From a bacterium (GTDB lineage: Bacteria; Babelota; Babeliae; Babelales; UBA12409): a DNA stretch of 64,000 nt. Below, in pieces: positions 46,433 through 55,289 of the stretch (the stretch's first letter is position 1; every line of letters starts with the position of its first letter). The notes under the pieces were generated by a model. The model made no database searches and was not told the DNA's origin. It was given only the letters and a program-made list of their open reading frames with translations. The DNA lies in contig JAKANL010000003.1 of assembly GCA_021823685.1 (NCBI GenBank), forward strand, positions 18,189 to 82,188, read 5' to 3'. Position numbers and translations under genes: made by a program.

Positions 46433-48904
46433 ATGACCTTAGTCGATATATTACATAACAGCGCACAACAACAGCCAAACGGTGCCGCCGTCACTATGAA
46501 GCGCGGCTACCGCACCGTTACCCTAACCTATTCTGAATTATACACGCTGGCGAAACGTGTTGCCGTTCTTCTCACTGATAACGGCATTCAACCAGGCGAA
46601 AATATCGTCATGCTTGCGCCCAATTCACCCTATTGGGTTGCCGTATTTTTTGGCATTATCATGCGCGGCTGCCATACCGTCCCGCTTAATACCCAAAGCA
46701 CGCAAGAATTTGTTAATCGTACGCTTGAACACACACAATCGAAAATCTTCTTCAAGCACGTTTTTTTCAAAGAAACCACCCCACAACACGTAACCGTTTT
46801 TGATATTGATTTTATTGATGAACTCGTAGCCGATTGCCCCGCTGAACGGTATGAGCCGGTTACCACACACGATAATGATTTAGTCCAAATTTTATACACC
46901 TCAGGAACCACCGGAGACCCCAAGGGCTCTATGCTTACGCACCACAATTTGGTCTCAAACGTCGTTGCCGTTGGCGAACTCATTCACCCTGTTTCGGGCA
47001 AAGATCGCATTCTTTCCGTTTTGCCGCTCAGCCACATTTTGGAACAAACCGTTGGCATGCTCTTGCCCATCTATAAGGGGGTAGAAATTATTTACGCACA
47101 CTCACCAGCCGCTATCGCGCCACTGATGAAAAAGTATCACATCACCAAAATGGTTGGGGTGCCAGAATTTTTGCAAATCATTCGATCACGCGTTATGGCG
47201 CAAATACAGCAGTATAAACTTGAACGCGTCATGCAATGGGCGATAAAAATAGCGCAAAAAATCAATCATCCACGCTTTTCGCGGATACTGTTTTACCCCA
47301 TTTTAAGACCTTTTGGCGGTACATTGGATACGCTAGCCAGCGGCGGTGCCCCACTGAGCCCTGATCTGGAAGCCTGGTGGAATAACCTCGGGGTGCGCAT
47401 CTTACAGGGATACGGGTTAACGGAAACGTCACCGATCGTAACCACCAACACCTACGAGCAACACCGTTTTGCCTCGGTTGGCAAAGTGTTGCCCGGCGTG
47501 CACGTGCAGATCGCCGCTGATGGCGAAATCTGGGTCAAGGGTCCCAACGTCTTTCACGGCTATTATCGTAGCCCGGAACTTACTGAAAAAACATTTACCG
47601 ATGACGGTTGGTTTAAAACGGGCGATATGGGCGCTTTTGATACCGATGGATTTCTGTTTTTACGCGGCCGTAAAAAATACATGATTCTCGGACCGGGCGG
47701 ACAAAACGTATTCCCCGAAGATATTGAAGAAGTATTAAACCGTATTGCCGGCGTTAAAGACAGCACCGTTATCGGCATCGAACGCGATCACGAAGGCGTT
47801 GAGATTCACGCATCGCTGCTTTTAGTTGATCCATCAATAAACGCAGAGATTATTATCAATCAGGCCAACGAAAAACTTGCTTCGTACCAACAAATCACAG
47901 GATGGAGCGTTTGGCCAGAAGAAGATTTTCCACGGTCAGCAACCCGTAAAGTGAAAAAAGAAGTCGTACGAACGTATATTTTGGGCAAACGTGAACCAAT
48001 ACAAAAAACAACCGCGACTCTCAGCCCGCTCGTGCGTATTTTAAGCCAAATTTCGGGCATAGAAGCCTCAAAAATTAATCCAACGATGCGGCTGACCAGT
48101 GACTTACAATTCGATTCGTTACGCCGTGTGGAACTCGTTGCTCGTATCGAGCAAGATCTTCATGTAACTATCGATGAAACCGCACTCACGCCAACGTTTA
48201 CGGTAGAACAATTACAAGAAACGATCCGCACCAAAGCGCCAACCAAGCCGTTACCAGAACTTTCACGTTGGCCACGCTGGCTCGTAATACGCGTTATACG
48301 CTTTGTTCTTCAAGAACTCTTTTTCTTACTTTCACGTATTTTTATGCGCATTCAGGTGCACGGCAAAGAAAACGTAGATACCGCACACGGTCCATTAGTT
48401 ATTATGCCTAATCACGCCAGCTATTGGGACGCCATTGCCGTTGCACGCGCACTTCCCTTGCGCATGCGCTGGCATATGTCATTTGCCGCAGCGCAAGACG
48501 TTGTTTATGGCGAATATAAATATTTCGCCTGGCTTACTGAACTTACGTTTAATTGTTTTCCGCTACCACGCCAAGAGGGAGAAAATATCAAGATTGGCTT
48601 AGAAAATAGCGGCCGCATGCTCGATGCGGGGTATCACGTCGTTATTTTCCCGGAGGGAAAAATGAGCGTAGACGGATCGCTCTTACCATTTAAAGATGGC
48701 GCCGGGCTCTTTGCAACACAGATGAACACACCGGTTGTTATGATCAAAATCTCCGGCATTCAAAAAATATTCCCGTACGACGTGTTCTTGCCACGTTCAC
48801 GCGCAACCATTCAGGTAATTATTGGCAAACCAACGAAATTTTCGCGAAGGGCGCCGTACTTGCAGGCAACACAACAATTGCACGACGCTCTAAAAAAGCT
48901 CTAG
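46433..48904 (+). CDS. tri-domain fusion: AMP-forming acyl ligase + carrier-protein domain + PlsC-type acyltransferase (Aas-like)
   Basis: 823 aa. Adenylation motifs YTSGTTGDPKG, GYGLTETS and TGDMG...GRKKYMI. Carrier motif LQFDSLRRVELV (DSL serine). Acyltransferase motifs PNHASYWD (HX4D) and FPEGKMS. Confidence 0.85.
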   Translation: MTLVDILHNSAQQQPNGAAVTMKRGYRTVTLTYSELYTLAKRVAVLLTDNGIQPGENIVMLAPNSPYWVAVFFGIIMRGCHTVPLNTQSTQEFVNRTLEHTQSKIFFKHVFFKETTPQHVTVFDIDFIDELVADCPAERYEPVTTHDNDLVQILYTSGTTGDPKGSMLTHHNLVSNVVAVGELIHPVSGKDRILSVLPLSHILEQTVGMLLPIYKGVEIIYAHSPAAIAPLMKKYHITKMVGVPEFLQIIRSRVMAQIQQYKLERVMQWAIKIAQKINHPRFSRILFYPILRPFGGTLDTLASGGAPLSPDLEAWWNNLGVRILQGYGLTETSPIVTTNTYEQHRFASVGKVLPGVHVQIAADGEIWVKGPNVFHGYYRSPELTEKTFTDDGWFKTGDMGAFDTDGFLFLRGRKKYMILGPGGQNVFPEDIEEVLNRIAGVKDSTVIGIERDHEGVEIHASLLLVDPSINAEIIINQANEKLASYQQITGWSVWPEEDFPRSATRKVKKEVVRTYILGKREPIQKTTATLSPLVRILSQISGIEASKINPTMRLTSDLQFDSLRRVELVARIEQDLHVTIDETALTPTFTVEQLQETIRTKAPTKPLPELSRWPRWLVIRVIRFVLQELFFLLSRIFMRIQVHGKENVDTAHGPLVIMPNHASYWDAIAVARALPLRMRWHMSFAAAQDVVYGEYKYFAWLTELTFNCFPLPRQEGENIKIGLENSGRMLDAGYHVVIFPEGKMSVDGSLLPFKDGAGLFATQMNTPVVMIKISGIQKIFPYDVFLPRSRATIQVIIGKPTKFSRRAPYLQATQQLHDALKKL

Positions 48905-49366
48905 TTATTTAGATTTCCACGGAGCCGGCGTTCCAGGACGCACACAACATTTTTTGGAAGCTCTCCTGCCATCAGAGCCATCCCCGTCACGCAAACGTTT
49001 AACACCAACGCCGCACGCCGACGTGACCCCACCATTTATGTGTTCATCAGCAAGAGGTGCAGAAGGTGCCGCGTCTTCTTGCTGCATGCGCTCAAGCGCC
49101 ATGGAGGTGCGCGATAAATCCGGCGTTAGGCAGGTAAGAGAAGAATTGACTGAAGAAATGGCATGTTGCTGCGAAGTTTCACGGGAACCTTCGCTTGGAG
49201 ATTCCGTTAAATTTCTAACCGCCAAACTTAAGTGTATCAACTCACCTTCCACGTCACTCAAAAAATCCTCTGGGGCCCCATCCCCATCTGTAATCGGAGA
49301 TGCCAAAACAGCACCCATAATACAAAAAGGGGCAATCCAGCCTAATTGATATTTCACAATAAGCAC
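48905..49366 (-). CDS. hypothetical secreted protein
   Basis: 153-aa ORF with a hydrophobic N-terminus. The opposite-strand ORF 48954-49349 competes. Weak call. Confidence 0.35.
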   Translation of the reverse strand: MLIVKYQLGWIAPFCIMGAVLASPITDGDGAPEDFLSDVEGELIHLSLAVRNLTESPSEGSRETSQQHAISSVNSSLTCLTPDLSRTSMALERMQQEDAAPSAPLADEHINGGVTSACGVGVKRLRDGDGSDGRRASKKCCVRPGTPAPWKSK

Positions 49367-49427
49367 TTTCGGTAAAAATGGTTAATAAACACGGTCAGTG
49401 TAGCATTTTTACCGAAAAAGAAAAAAT

Positions 49428-49898
49428 TTACTTTCTGCTTTTTTTACTTTCCGGACCATCCATAAAGCATATCGATGAAAAGCTTGTCGCATCTATCGCC
49501 GGCGATGGCAGTTGCAACGGCGACAAAAAAACCAAAAATCGACGATCTTTGCCCGTAATCGATTTACGATGCACAACTACCGGATGCCCGGCCACGTGCG
49601 CAGGACTTGTAATGGGCGACGAACACGCCACGTCGGCAGTTTTATCCGGCATAATGAGCGGCCTGAGCCCGAGCGCGTCTGGCGTTTTTGTTGCACCTGA
49701 TATGTACGCTGCAGGGCTGGAACCGCAACAGGCAAATTCCTGCGCCCCCAATTCCAACCGCTCAAGATCCTCGGATATACTTTGCGATCGCTTAAGCAAT
49801 CGCGCTTCATCCGGAGAATTTGGTTGCGCTTCACGATCCATACAAAAAAGGTTCATCGTACAAACAAGCATCATCACCACCCAGCGCGTTTCTTTCAT
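49428..49898 (-). CDS. hypothetical secreted protein
   Basis: 156-aa ORF with signal-like MKETRWVVMMLVCTMNLFC. The plus-strand ORF 49378-49971 competes. Strand chosen on the signal peptide only. Confidence 0.35.
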   Translation of the reverse strand: MKETRWVVMMLVCTMNLFCMDREAQPNSPDEARLLKRSQSISEDLERLELGAQEFACCGSSPAAYISGATKTPDALGLRPLIMPDKTADVACSSPITSPAHVAGHPVVVHRKSITGKDRRFLVFLSPLQLPSPAIDATSFSSICFMDGPESKKSRK

Positions 49899-49967
49899 GC
49901 ATTTCTCTCCAAAAAATCCCTTACATGCCTTATACTATAGCCGATCATGGCAGAAAGGGAACTTTTT

Positions 49968-50426
49968 ATGAAACATGTGTGGCTCATCGTAGCCATTATC
50001 CCCCTCTTTTTTGGGTGCCAACATAAGCCAACAAAAAAAGCGGTTATTGTCCCCAAACCCGCACAAAAAGTCACACCGCCAACCGTTGTAAAATCAGCCA
50101 TTATCCGGCGTGGGGACAAGTCAGCGCAAAAACCGCGCGCAGGCAACACCGTTGCTATCCACTATACGTGTTGGTTGGCCGATGAACATAATAAACGAAC
50201 GCGTCGAATCAGGAGCAGCTTAGACAGCGGCAAACCGCTTACTTTTATCGTTGGTGTCAACCAGGTTATCAGGGGAATTGACAGCGGCATTCGCATGATG
50301 CACATCGGCGAGCAACGGAGCTTCATTATTCCACCCGATCTGGCCTATGGCGCCATTGGACACGGCACTATTATTCCTCCGCAAGCAACACTTATTTTCG
50401 ATATTCAACTCCTTGCCGTTATATAA
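49968..50426 (+). CDS. FKBP-type peptidyl-prolyl cis-trans isomerase, lipoprotein-like (Mip-like)
   Basis: Track ORF is 49947-50426. The ATG at 49968 after AAAGGGA gives MKHVWLIVAIIPLFFGC (lipobox-like). C-terminal FKBP blocks VAIHYTCWL...FIVGVNQVIRGIDSGIRMMHIGEQRSFIIPPDLAYG...IPPQATLIFDIQLL. Confidence 0.85.
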   Translation: MKHVWLIVAIIPLFFGCQHKPTKKAVIVPKPAQKVTPPTVVKSAIIRRGDKSAQKPRAGNTVAIHYTCWLADEHNKRTRRIRSSLDSGKPLTFIVGVNQVIRGIDSGIRMMHIGEQRSFIIPPDLAYGAIGHGTIIPPQATLIFDIQLLAVI

Positions 50427-50515
50427 AAAATACACTGAATAAACGCAAAAGAACATCATCGTTGATTGCACACACAAGATCGTTATATGATAACTACGCT
50501 GCGCTTGAAAGGAGA

Positions 50516-51985
50516 ATGGTGAAGAAGATTCTTTATGGAATCATTGTTGTATGTTTAATCCTGACCGCACTGGTGTTCTGGCACCGTTCTCGTTTTTATG
50601 CCATTGGATTTTTCATGCCTATTGATCAGGAAAACCAGAAAACAAATACGCTCATTTACCGCGGGTTATACGAAACCCTGCAGTTGGGACTGGCTGATGC
50701 CAAGTCACTGAAAAATGTTGCGGTATCTCAAATCATCATTCCCCCCGATTTTAACGAATCAATCCCGACACTCAAAAAAAGTATCTTTCAGTTCCTTACC
50801 GATCACCGGCGCTGGTGGTGGGACGACAAAAAACTGCTCATCATCGCTGGTGTAAGCAGCGGGCAACTACAGGCAGCCAAGGAAACGGTCCGGGCAATGC
50901 ACAGATCAGTCATGTGCGTAAGCCCAGGATCGACCACACCTCGAGCCGCCGAGTGGCCAAATGTCTTACAAATGGTTCACAATGACGAATTTGCCGCACA
51001 GGCAATCGGCATGTTCATACGCCGCAAACAATTCGATAAGGCCGCCATCATATACATTCACAATGATTCCTACAGCCATGAATACACCACCGTTTTAGTG
51101 AAGGTACTTGCCCAGCAAGAAGTACCATACAAAACTTTTACGCTTGATAGGCGTTCAATGTTAACCGTTGCCGCAAAAGAGATAAATACGTTTTTGCGCG
51201 CATCAGAAAAACCTGTGCTCATCTACACCGGATTTTCACCTGAAATTATCGCCATCGAAAAAGTGCTCGACCCCCACATAGCCCTCATTTGCACCGACAC
51301 CTGTAATGATCTAGGTGACGCCTTCGGGCCCAACCGCCAGGCAACAGTTGTAATCCCTGCAATTATGGATTACACGATGACCACACGGTCGGTATATGAA
51401 CGGATTTTCAATATATTTGAGAAAAGCAACCACACGTTCAACTATAACCTCTCCTTTGCCGTTCCTTTTCTCTATGATTTTGCGTACCAAACCGGCAATT
51501 TAATCGCTCAGCATTTTGACTTAACCTGGAAATCATACGCCATCAAAGCACAGGCTGCCGTGCCAAGCGCGGCACTTGAATCGACATGGTATACCCCAAA
51601 AAGAAATGGCCCGGCGCACGGCGGCTATTGGTTTATCTACACGCATGATCCAAAAACGTCCGACCTAATCGCATACCGCAAGCAACTATTTGGCAATACC
51701 GACACGCTGCCGCAAAGCGCCGCCGTTGCGTATCAAATAGGCCATTACGCATGGGCAGGATTATCTGGCTGGAATATGTATCAAAATACGTGGGAAAATT
51801 ATTATTTACACGGAAAATCGCTGGGCACAAAATTGTCGTACAGCAACTATCAGGCCACCGATGGCATAATCAATTGGGCACCTTTTCATGTAAAAAAATA
51901 CCGCGACGCTCGTGGCAAATGGTGGTTTGCAAGCAATATACTCGACAGCTACCCGCTTGAAGAAAAACGATACGATCTTGAATGA
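50516..51985 (+). CDS. hypothetical membrane-anchored protein
   Basis: Track ORF is 50462-51985. The ATG at 50516 after AAAGGAG gives MVKKILYGIIVVCLILTALVFW. Large extracytoplasmic part; no family recognised. Confidence 0.5.
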   Translation: MVKKILYGIIVVCLILTALVFWHRSRFYAIGFFMPIDQENQKTNTLIYRGLYETLQLGLADAKSLKNVAVSQIIIPPDFNESIPTLKKSIFQFLTDHRRWWWDDKKLLIIAGVSSGQLQAAKETVRAMHRSVMCVSPGSTTPRAAEWPNVLQMVHNDEFAAQAIGMFIRRKQFDKAAIIYIHNDSYSHEYTTVLVKVLAQQEVPYKTFTLDRRSMLTVAAKEINTFLRASEKPVLIYTGFSPEIIAIEKVLDPHIALICTDTCNDLGDAFGPNRQATVVIPAIMDYTMTTRSVYERIFNIFEKSNHTFNYNLSFAVPFLYDFAYQTGNLIAQHFDLTWKSYAIKAQAAVPSAALESTWYTPKRNGPAHGGYWFIYTHDPKTSDLIAYRKQLFGNTDTLPQSAAVAYQIGHYAWAGLSGWNMYQNTWENYYLHGKSLGTKLSYSNYQATDGIINWAPFHVKKYRDARGKWWFASNILDSYPLEEKRYDLE

Positions 51986-51988
51986 AAG

Positions 51989-52384
51989 CTACTTTACCGC
52001 CTCAGCCGTCACGTATGATGCAGCGCCGAGAGGACTTAGCGTGTATTCGCCGTTGGCGCTTCTGACCTGTGATTTATCTAAAACGGTACGGATACTCAGT
52101 GAGACATACCCATTTTCGTCAATAAAGCCCAGCTCGCGCGCCTCGTCCAAAACGCGCCCCTCTAATTTATATGAAGAATCGTAGCAAGCATAAAAAAATT
52201 TAGATCGATCCGTTTCGCTCAACACGGCATGCAGCTGCGCCAAACGATGCGCAACAAGAGCTACAAATGGTTTTGACAATGCCAAGCCGTCACAGCCTTT
52301 ACCATACTGACAATCCGGTTGCATCGCATTGCCAGTATTGGCCACTAAAACAGTTGCAAGCATCGCACACAATTTTGCTTTCAT
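51989..52384 (-). CDS. hypothetical secreted protein
   Basis: Track ORF is 51989-52441. The internal ATG at 52384 after AAGGAG gives MKAKLCAMLATVLVANTGNA. Confidence 0.4.
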   Translation of the reverse strand: MKAKLCAMLATVLVANTGNAMQPDCQYGKGCDGLALSKPFVALVAHRLAQLHAVLSETDRSKFFYACYDSSYKLEGRVLDEARELGFIDENGYVSLSIRTVLDKSQVRSANGEYTLSPLGAASYVTAEAVK

Positions 52385-52466
52385 CGCGGACTCCTTAAAA
52401 AAATAAAATCTACTCGTAGTATACCGTGGCCGCAGACGCATTCAAGTAAAAAAATTTGAAGAATTT

Positions 52467-52826
52467 TTAGAGGCACGATGCGAGATATTTACCAACAAAT
52501 ACCGCAAGCAAGCATAATGCAACATTTGCCAAAATATTGCCGGCAGCAGCACCATATCGCTCGGTCTGCCACAGCGCAACCGTTTCCAGCGCAAAGGCAG
52601 ACATCGTGGTATAAGCACCGCAAAAGCCAACGATCAGCCAGTTGCGCGTCTGAGGCGTAATATAGCCAGAAGAAACACCACCAATAACCATACCGGCAAT
52701 AAAGCAACCCGTCACATTAACGACCAGAGTTGCTAGGGGAAATGCTGTAGCTACAAACCACCGTAAAACGGCATATCTGGCGCATATACCACACAACCCA
52801 GCGATGATAACATTCAAAACGTTCAT
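52467..52826 (-). CDS. crcB: fluoride ion channel CrcB/FluC
   Basis: 119 aa, four hydrophobic segments. ...PLATLVVNVTGCFIAG... and ...GFCGAYTTMSAFALE... are typical CrcB motifs. Confidence 0.85.
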   Translation of the reverse strand: MNVLNVIIAGLCGICARYAVLRWFVATAFPLATLVVNVTGCFIAGMVIGGVSSGYITPQTRNWLIVGFCGAYTTMSAFALETVALWQTERYGAAAGNILANVALCLLAVFVGKYLASCL

Positions 52827-53431
52827 ACCATCTCCTGTTTAAGTGCACGTAATGCCTGGGGTAAGAAATCGCTCAGCTCATGAGTATTAACAATCAAAAA
52901 ACGATCGGGCGCGCGACGGCACGTTTCGCAGGTAGAATCGGCATTTTCGCACAAAGGGTTATATGCCTTTGCCCCCATAGCAAGCGCATACATTGCCAAG
53001 CGACCGTTACCATCTTGTATGGCGCGCTTCAAAACAACATCGCGCGTACCGGGCAAGCCAGTAATTTCTGCGAGATATTCGGGATCAGCCTGTTTAGACA
53101 ATCGAGCAAGATCCTGACAGCGACAACCGCCTTTGTGAACCATCAGCTTCATAAAAACATATGCGTTAACATAGGGGCGTAACCATTCTGGGCACTGAGC
53201 GCAAAAGTGAAGCAAACGCGCGCATTGCCGAGGCAAATAACGCGCATGAGATCGAAATAATACAATACAATGCTCTGCCGCCTCTTGAGCAACAGTGTGA
53301 ACTTCATGTTCACGAGGGTCCCGGCGCAGTGAACGCATCTGCGCAAATAGCGTTTTTTCAGCCGAACCTTTGTCCATGCCATAACTTAAAGTAAAGAACC
53401 CCAGCACTAAAGGCCCAATCATTTTATTCAT
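52823..53431 (-). CDS. hypothetical secreted protein
   Basis: 202-aa ORF with signal-like MNKMIGPLVLGFFTLSYG. Its stop overlaps the crcB start (ATGA). Cys-rich. No family recognised. Confidence 0.45.
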   Translation of the reverse strand: MNKMIGPLVLGFFTLSYGMDKGSAEKTLFAQMRSLRRDPREHEVHTVAQEAAEHCIVLFRSHARYLPRQCARLLHFCAQCPEWLRPYVNAYVFMKLMVHKGGCRCQDLARLSKQADPEYLAEITGLPGTRDVVLKRAIQDGNGRLAMYALAMGAKAYNPLCENADSTCETCRRAPDRFLIVNTHELSDFLPQALRALKQEMV

Positions 53432-53472
53432 AAAAAATCCCTCTATTCAAATCCCTTATCAATACGTGTCTA

Positions 53473-53853
53473 TCAAAAATCATCAGCAAATATCACCGGT
53501 ACAGCATTTTGCTTTTCTTCATCAGATTTGATTGGTTTTTTACCACAATAATGTGCATATAACATACTAACCGCATGCCCGACCAAGATCCCCAACCCAG
53601 TTCCGCGCATAAGCGCCGGTATCCCGGTAAAATGTAACACAACGTTGTCAGAAGCATACCCAACGCAATAAAGCGTTAACCCAATCCATGGCGATGGATC
53701 TTGAATGGCGCTTGCGCACACACCACATGCAATCCCAACACCGCACGGCTCGCTTATTGAATAACCATAAACATCAACACTCAATAGAACAAAAGAAATC
53801 AACCACAATTTTATCACTTCGCTTCCCATGCTCATGTCAAACGCACTCACCAT
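53473..53853 (-). CDS. hypothetical integral membrane protein
   Basis: 126-aa ORF with 3-4 hydrophobic segments. Confidence 0.45.
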   Translation of the reverse strand: MVSAFDMSMGSEVIKLWLISFVLLSVDVYGYSISEPCGVGIACGVCASAIQDPSPWIGLTLYCVGYASDNVVLHFTGIPALMRGTGLGILVGHAVSMLYAHYCGKKPIKSDEEKQNAVPVIFADDF

Positions 53854-54033
53854 GCCACATTAAAAAGGTACACAATCCCGTAATCGCTTCAACTTTTTAG
53901 TTTTGCACGCGCGCACGGGAAATTTCTACGTTTTTATTATTTTATCGGTAAATATTGCGTCCCGAATCTTCTATTGCTTATCCATCATGCGATGGTGTAA
54001 AATCACCCATGAAATGGTGTCGACACCGGACTA

Positions 54034-54273
54034 ATGACATTTTTACGCGGTATGTCGATCAAAAGCCACGCTCCTTACGCGCAGGTAGGCGCGCTCCTTG
54101 AAAATTTTGTTGTAGCCGAATTGACCAAACAAATCACGTGGAGCCAGCCGCGCGTCAAATTATTCCACGCGCGTACAACGGCAGGAATTGAAGTTGATTG
54201 TCTTTTGGAAGATGCGGCAGGACGTATTGTGGGCATCGAGATTAAAAACGCCCAATATGCTTCTCTTCGGTAA
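54034..54273 (+). pseudogene. C-terminal fragment of an AAA-ATPase-associated DUF4143-like domain
   Basis: 79 aa. ...GALLENFVVAELTKQITWSQPRVKLFHARTTAGIEVDCLLEDAAGRIVGIEIKNA resembles the restriction-endonuclease-like tail of ATPase (DUF4143) proteins. The ATPase part is missing. Confidence 0.5.
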
Positions 54274-54391
54274 GTTGAGCTAATTTTTTTCCTATAACAA
54301 GTATCGCCGCGGCCGGCAGCTTTTGAAGATCTTTTTGAGTGCTTTTTGTCAAAACAACCGAATAACCCTTGAGAACGTTGATGAAAGTCAT
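54242..54391 (-). pseudogene. truncated RelE/ParE-like toxin fragment
   Basis: Manual translation gives MTFINVLKGYSVVLTKSTQKDLQKLPAAAILVIGKKLAQLTEEKHIGRF*. The (Y).I.....A.KDL.KLP pattern is that of RelE/ParE N-termini. It is cut short where it collides with the ATPase fragment. Confidence 0.35.
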
Positions 54392-54501
54392 TTTTTCATT
54401 AGCGCCAACGTTTCTTGAACGGCTTTTTCGAAGGGAATAAATTTTTCTTTTTTACCGCTTCTTGCACGAATTAATTGATAATCTTGGTAATCCTCAAGCA
54501 T
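54388..54501 (-). CDS. possible short antitoxin-like ORF (37 aa)
   Basis: MLEDYQDYQLIRARSGKKEKFIPFEKAVQETLALMKK. Its stop overlaps the RelE-like ATG (ATGA). Too short for a confident call. Confidence 0.3.
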   Translation of the reverse strand: MLEDYQDYQLIRARSGKKEKFIPFEKAVQETLALMKK

Positions 54502-54514
54502 AGTAATGCATTTT

Positions 54515-55252
54515 TCAAAATCCTTGATGATTAAGGAGCATTTTTGCCACGGTTTTATCCCCATTTTTTATGGCATAGCAAAGCGCTGTTAGATAGTGGC
54601 CTCCGTAGGTAAAAGGCTCATCTATCCTGATGTTTGGTTGATCTAAAAGTATTCGCATAATCGTCACGTTTCCGTTTACTACAGCCCAAGTAAGCGCGGT
54701 TGCGCGGTTTCGATTATGTGCGTTTACATTAACACCATGAGCTAAACATGCCAATAATTTTTTTGGATCGTTGTTCCGTGCAGCCTTTACAAGCTGTTCG
54801 GCATTAAAAATGGAAGTGCAGAGGGCAGGTGCTGGCGCATGGCCGGCCGGGGCGACCGGATCTTCTGCAAGGGCAGCTTGCACCAGAGAAGGCAGTTTGC
54901 GTAAGCCTTTTCGGCAAAACGGGCATGTTATTGGTAAACCTTCTTTCTTACAACGTTCTATCCAACGAGCCATGCAGGCGTCGTGGTAGCGATAGTTGGG
55001 ATGGTGGCAAACAAACGGCAATCCTTCACTGTCGGCCACTTCACCGCCAGAAGATAGTGAATCAGAACAAATAGGGCAATCTGCATCAGTTGAACTGACT
55101 GCAGCGCTGTGATCTACGGTTTGTGCCACAGCGCATAGGGCTTTTTTCTTTTCATCTCCTGAGCCGCCTGCAGTGTCGTGATTCATGGCATGCATGTTTC
55201 GGCTGCTCAAGAGTACAGCGCTGCACAATACCATTTTATGTATATTTTTCAT
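54515..55252 (-). CDS. secreted RING-H2-like zinc finger + ankyrin-repeat protein (eukaryote-like E3 ligase effector candidate)
   Basis: 245 aa. Signal-like MKNIHKMVLCSAVLLSS. CPICSDSL-x-VCHHPNYRYHDACMARWIERCKKEGLPITCPFCRK follows C-x2-C...C-x-H...H-x2-C...W...C-x2-C. C-terminal ANK repeats (NRNRATALTWAVVNGNVTIMRILL..., LTALCYAIKNGDKTVAKMLL). Confidence 0.7.
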   Translation of the reverse strand: MKNIHKMVLCSAVLLSSRNMHAMNHDTAGGSGDEKKKALCAVAQTVDHSAAVSSTDADCPICSDSLSSGGEVADSEGLPFVCHHPNYRYHDACMARWIERCKKEGLPITCPFCRKGLRKLPSLVQAALAEDPVAPAGHAPAPALCTSIFNAEQLVKAARNNDPKKLLACLAHGVNVNAHNRNRATALTWAVVNGNVTIMRILLDQPNIRIDEPFTYGGHYLTALCYAIKNGDKTVAKMLLNHQGF

Positions 55253-55289
55253 GGGGACATTACTCCTAAACGATTTTGATTTTACTTAT

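Noticed and set aside
49378-49971. Plus-strand 197-aa ORF, and ORF 48954-49349, as alternatives to the minus-strand calls
   Set aside because: Neither has a convincing start context or N-terminal signal, and both are compositionally odd. The minus-strand ORFs have signal-like N-termini. Confidence in either strand remains low, and this is stated in the features.
52827-53472. Fluoride riboswitch upstream of crcB
   Set aside because: The crcB start overlaps the stop of the preceding ORF (ATGA), so there is no leader. The short region upstream of that ORF (53432-53472) is too short and lacks the conserved crcB-motif features I can recall.
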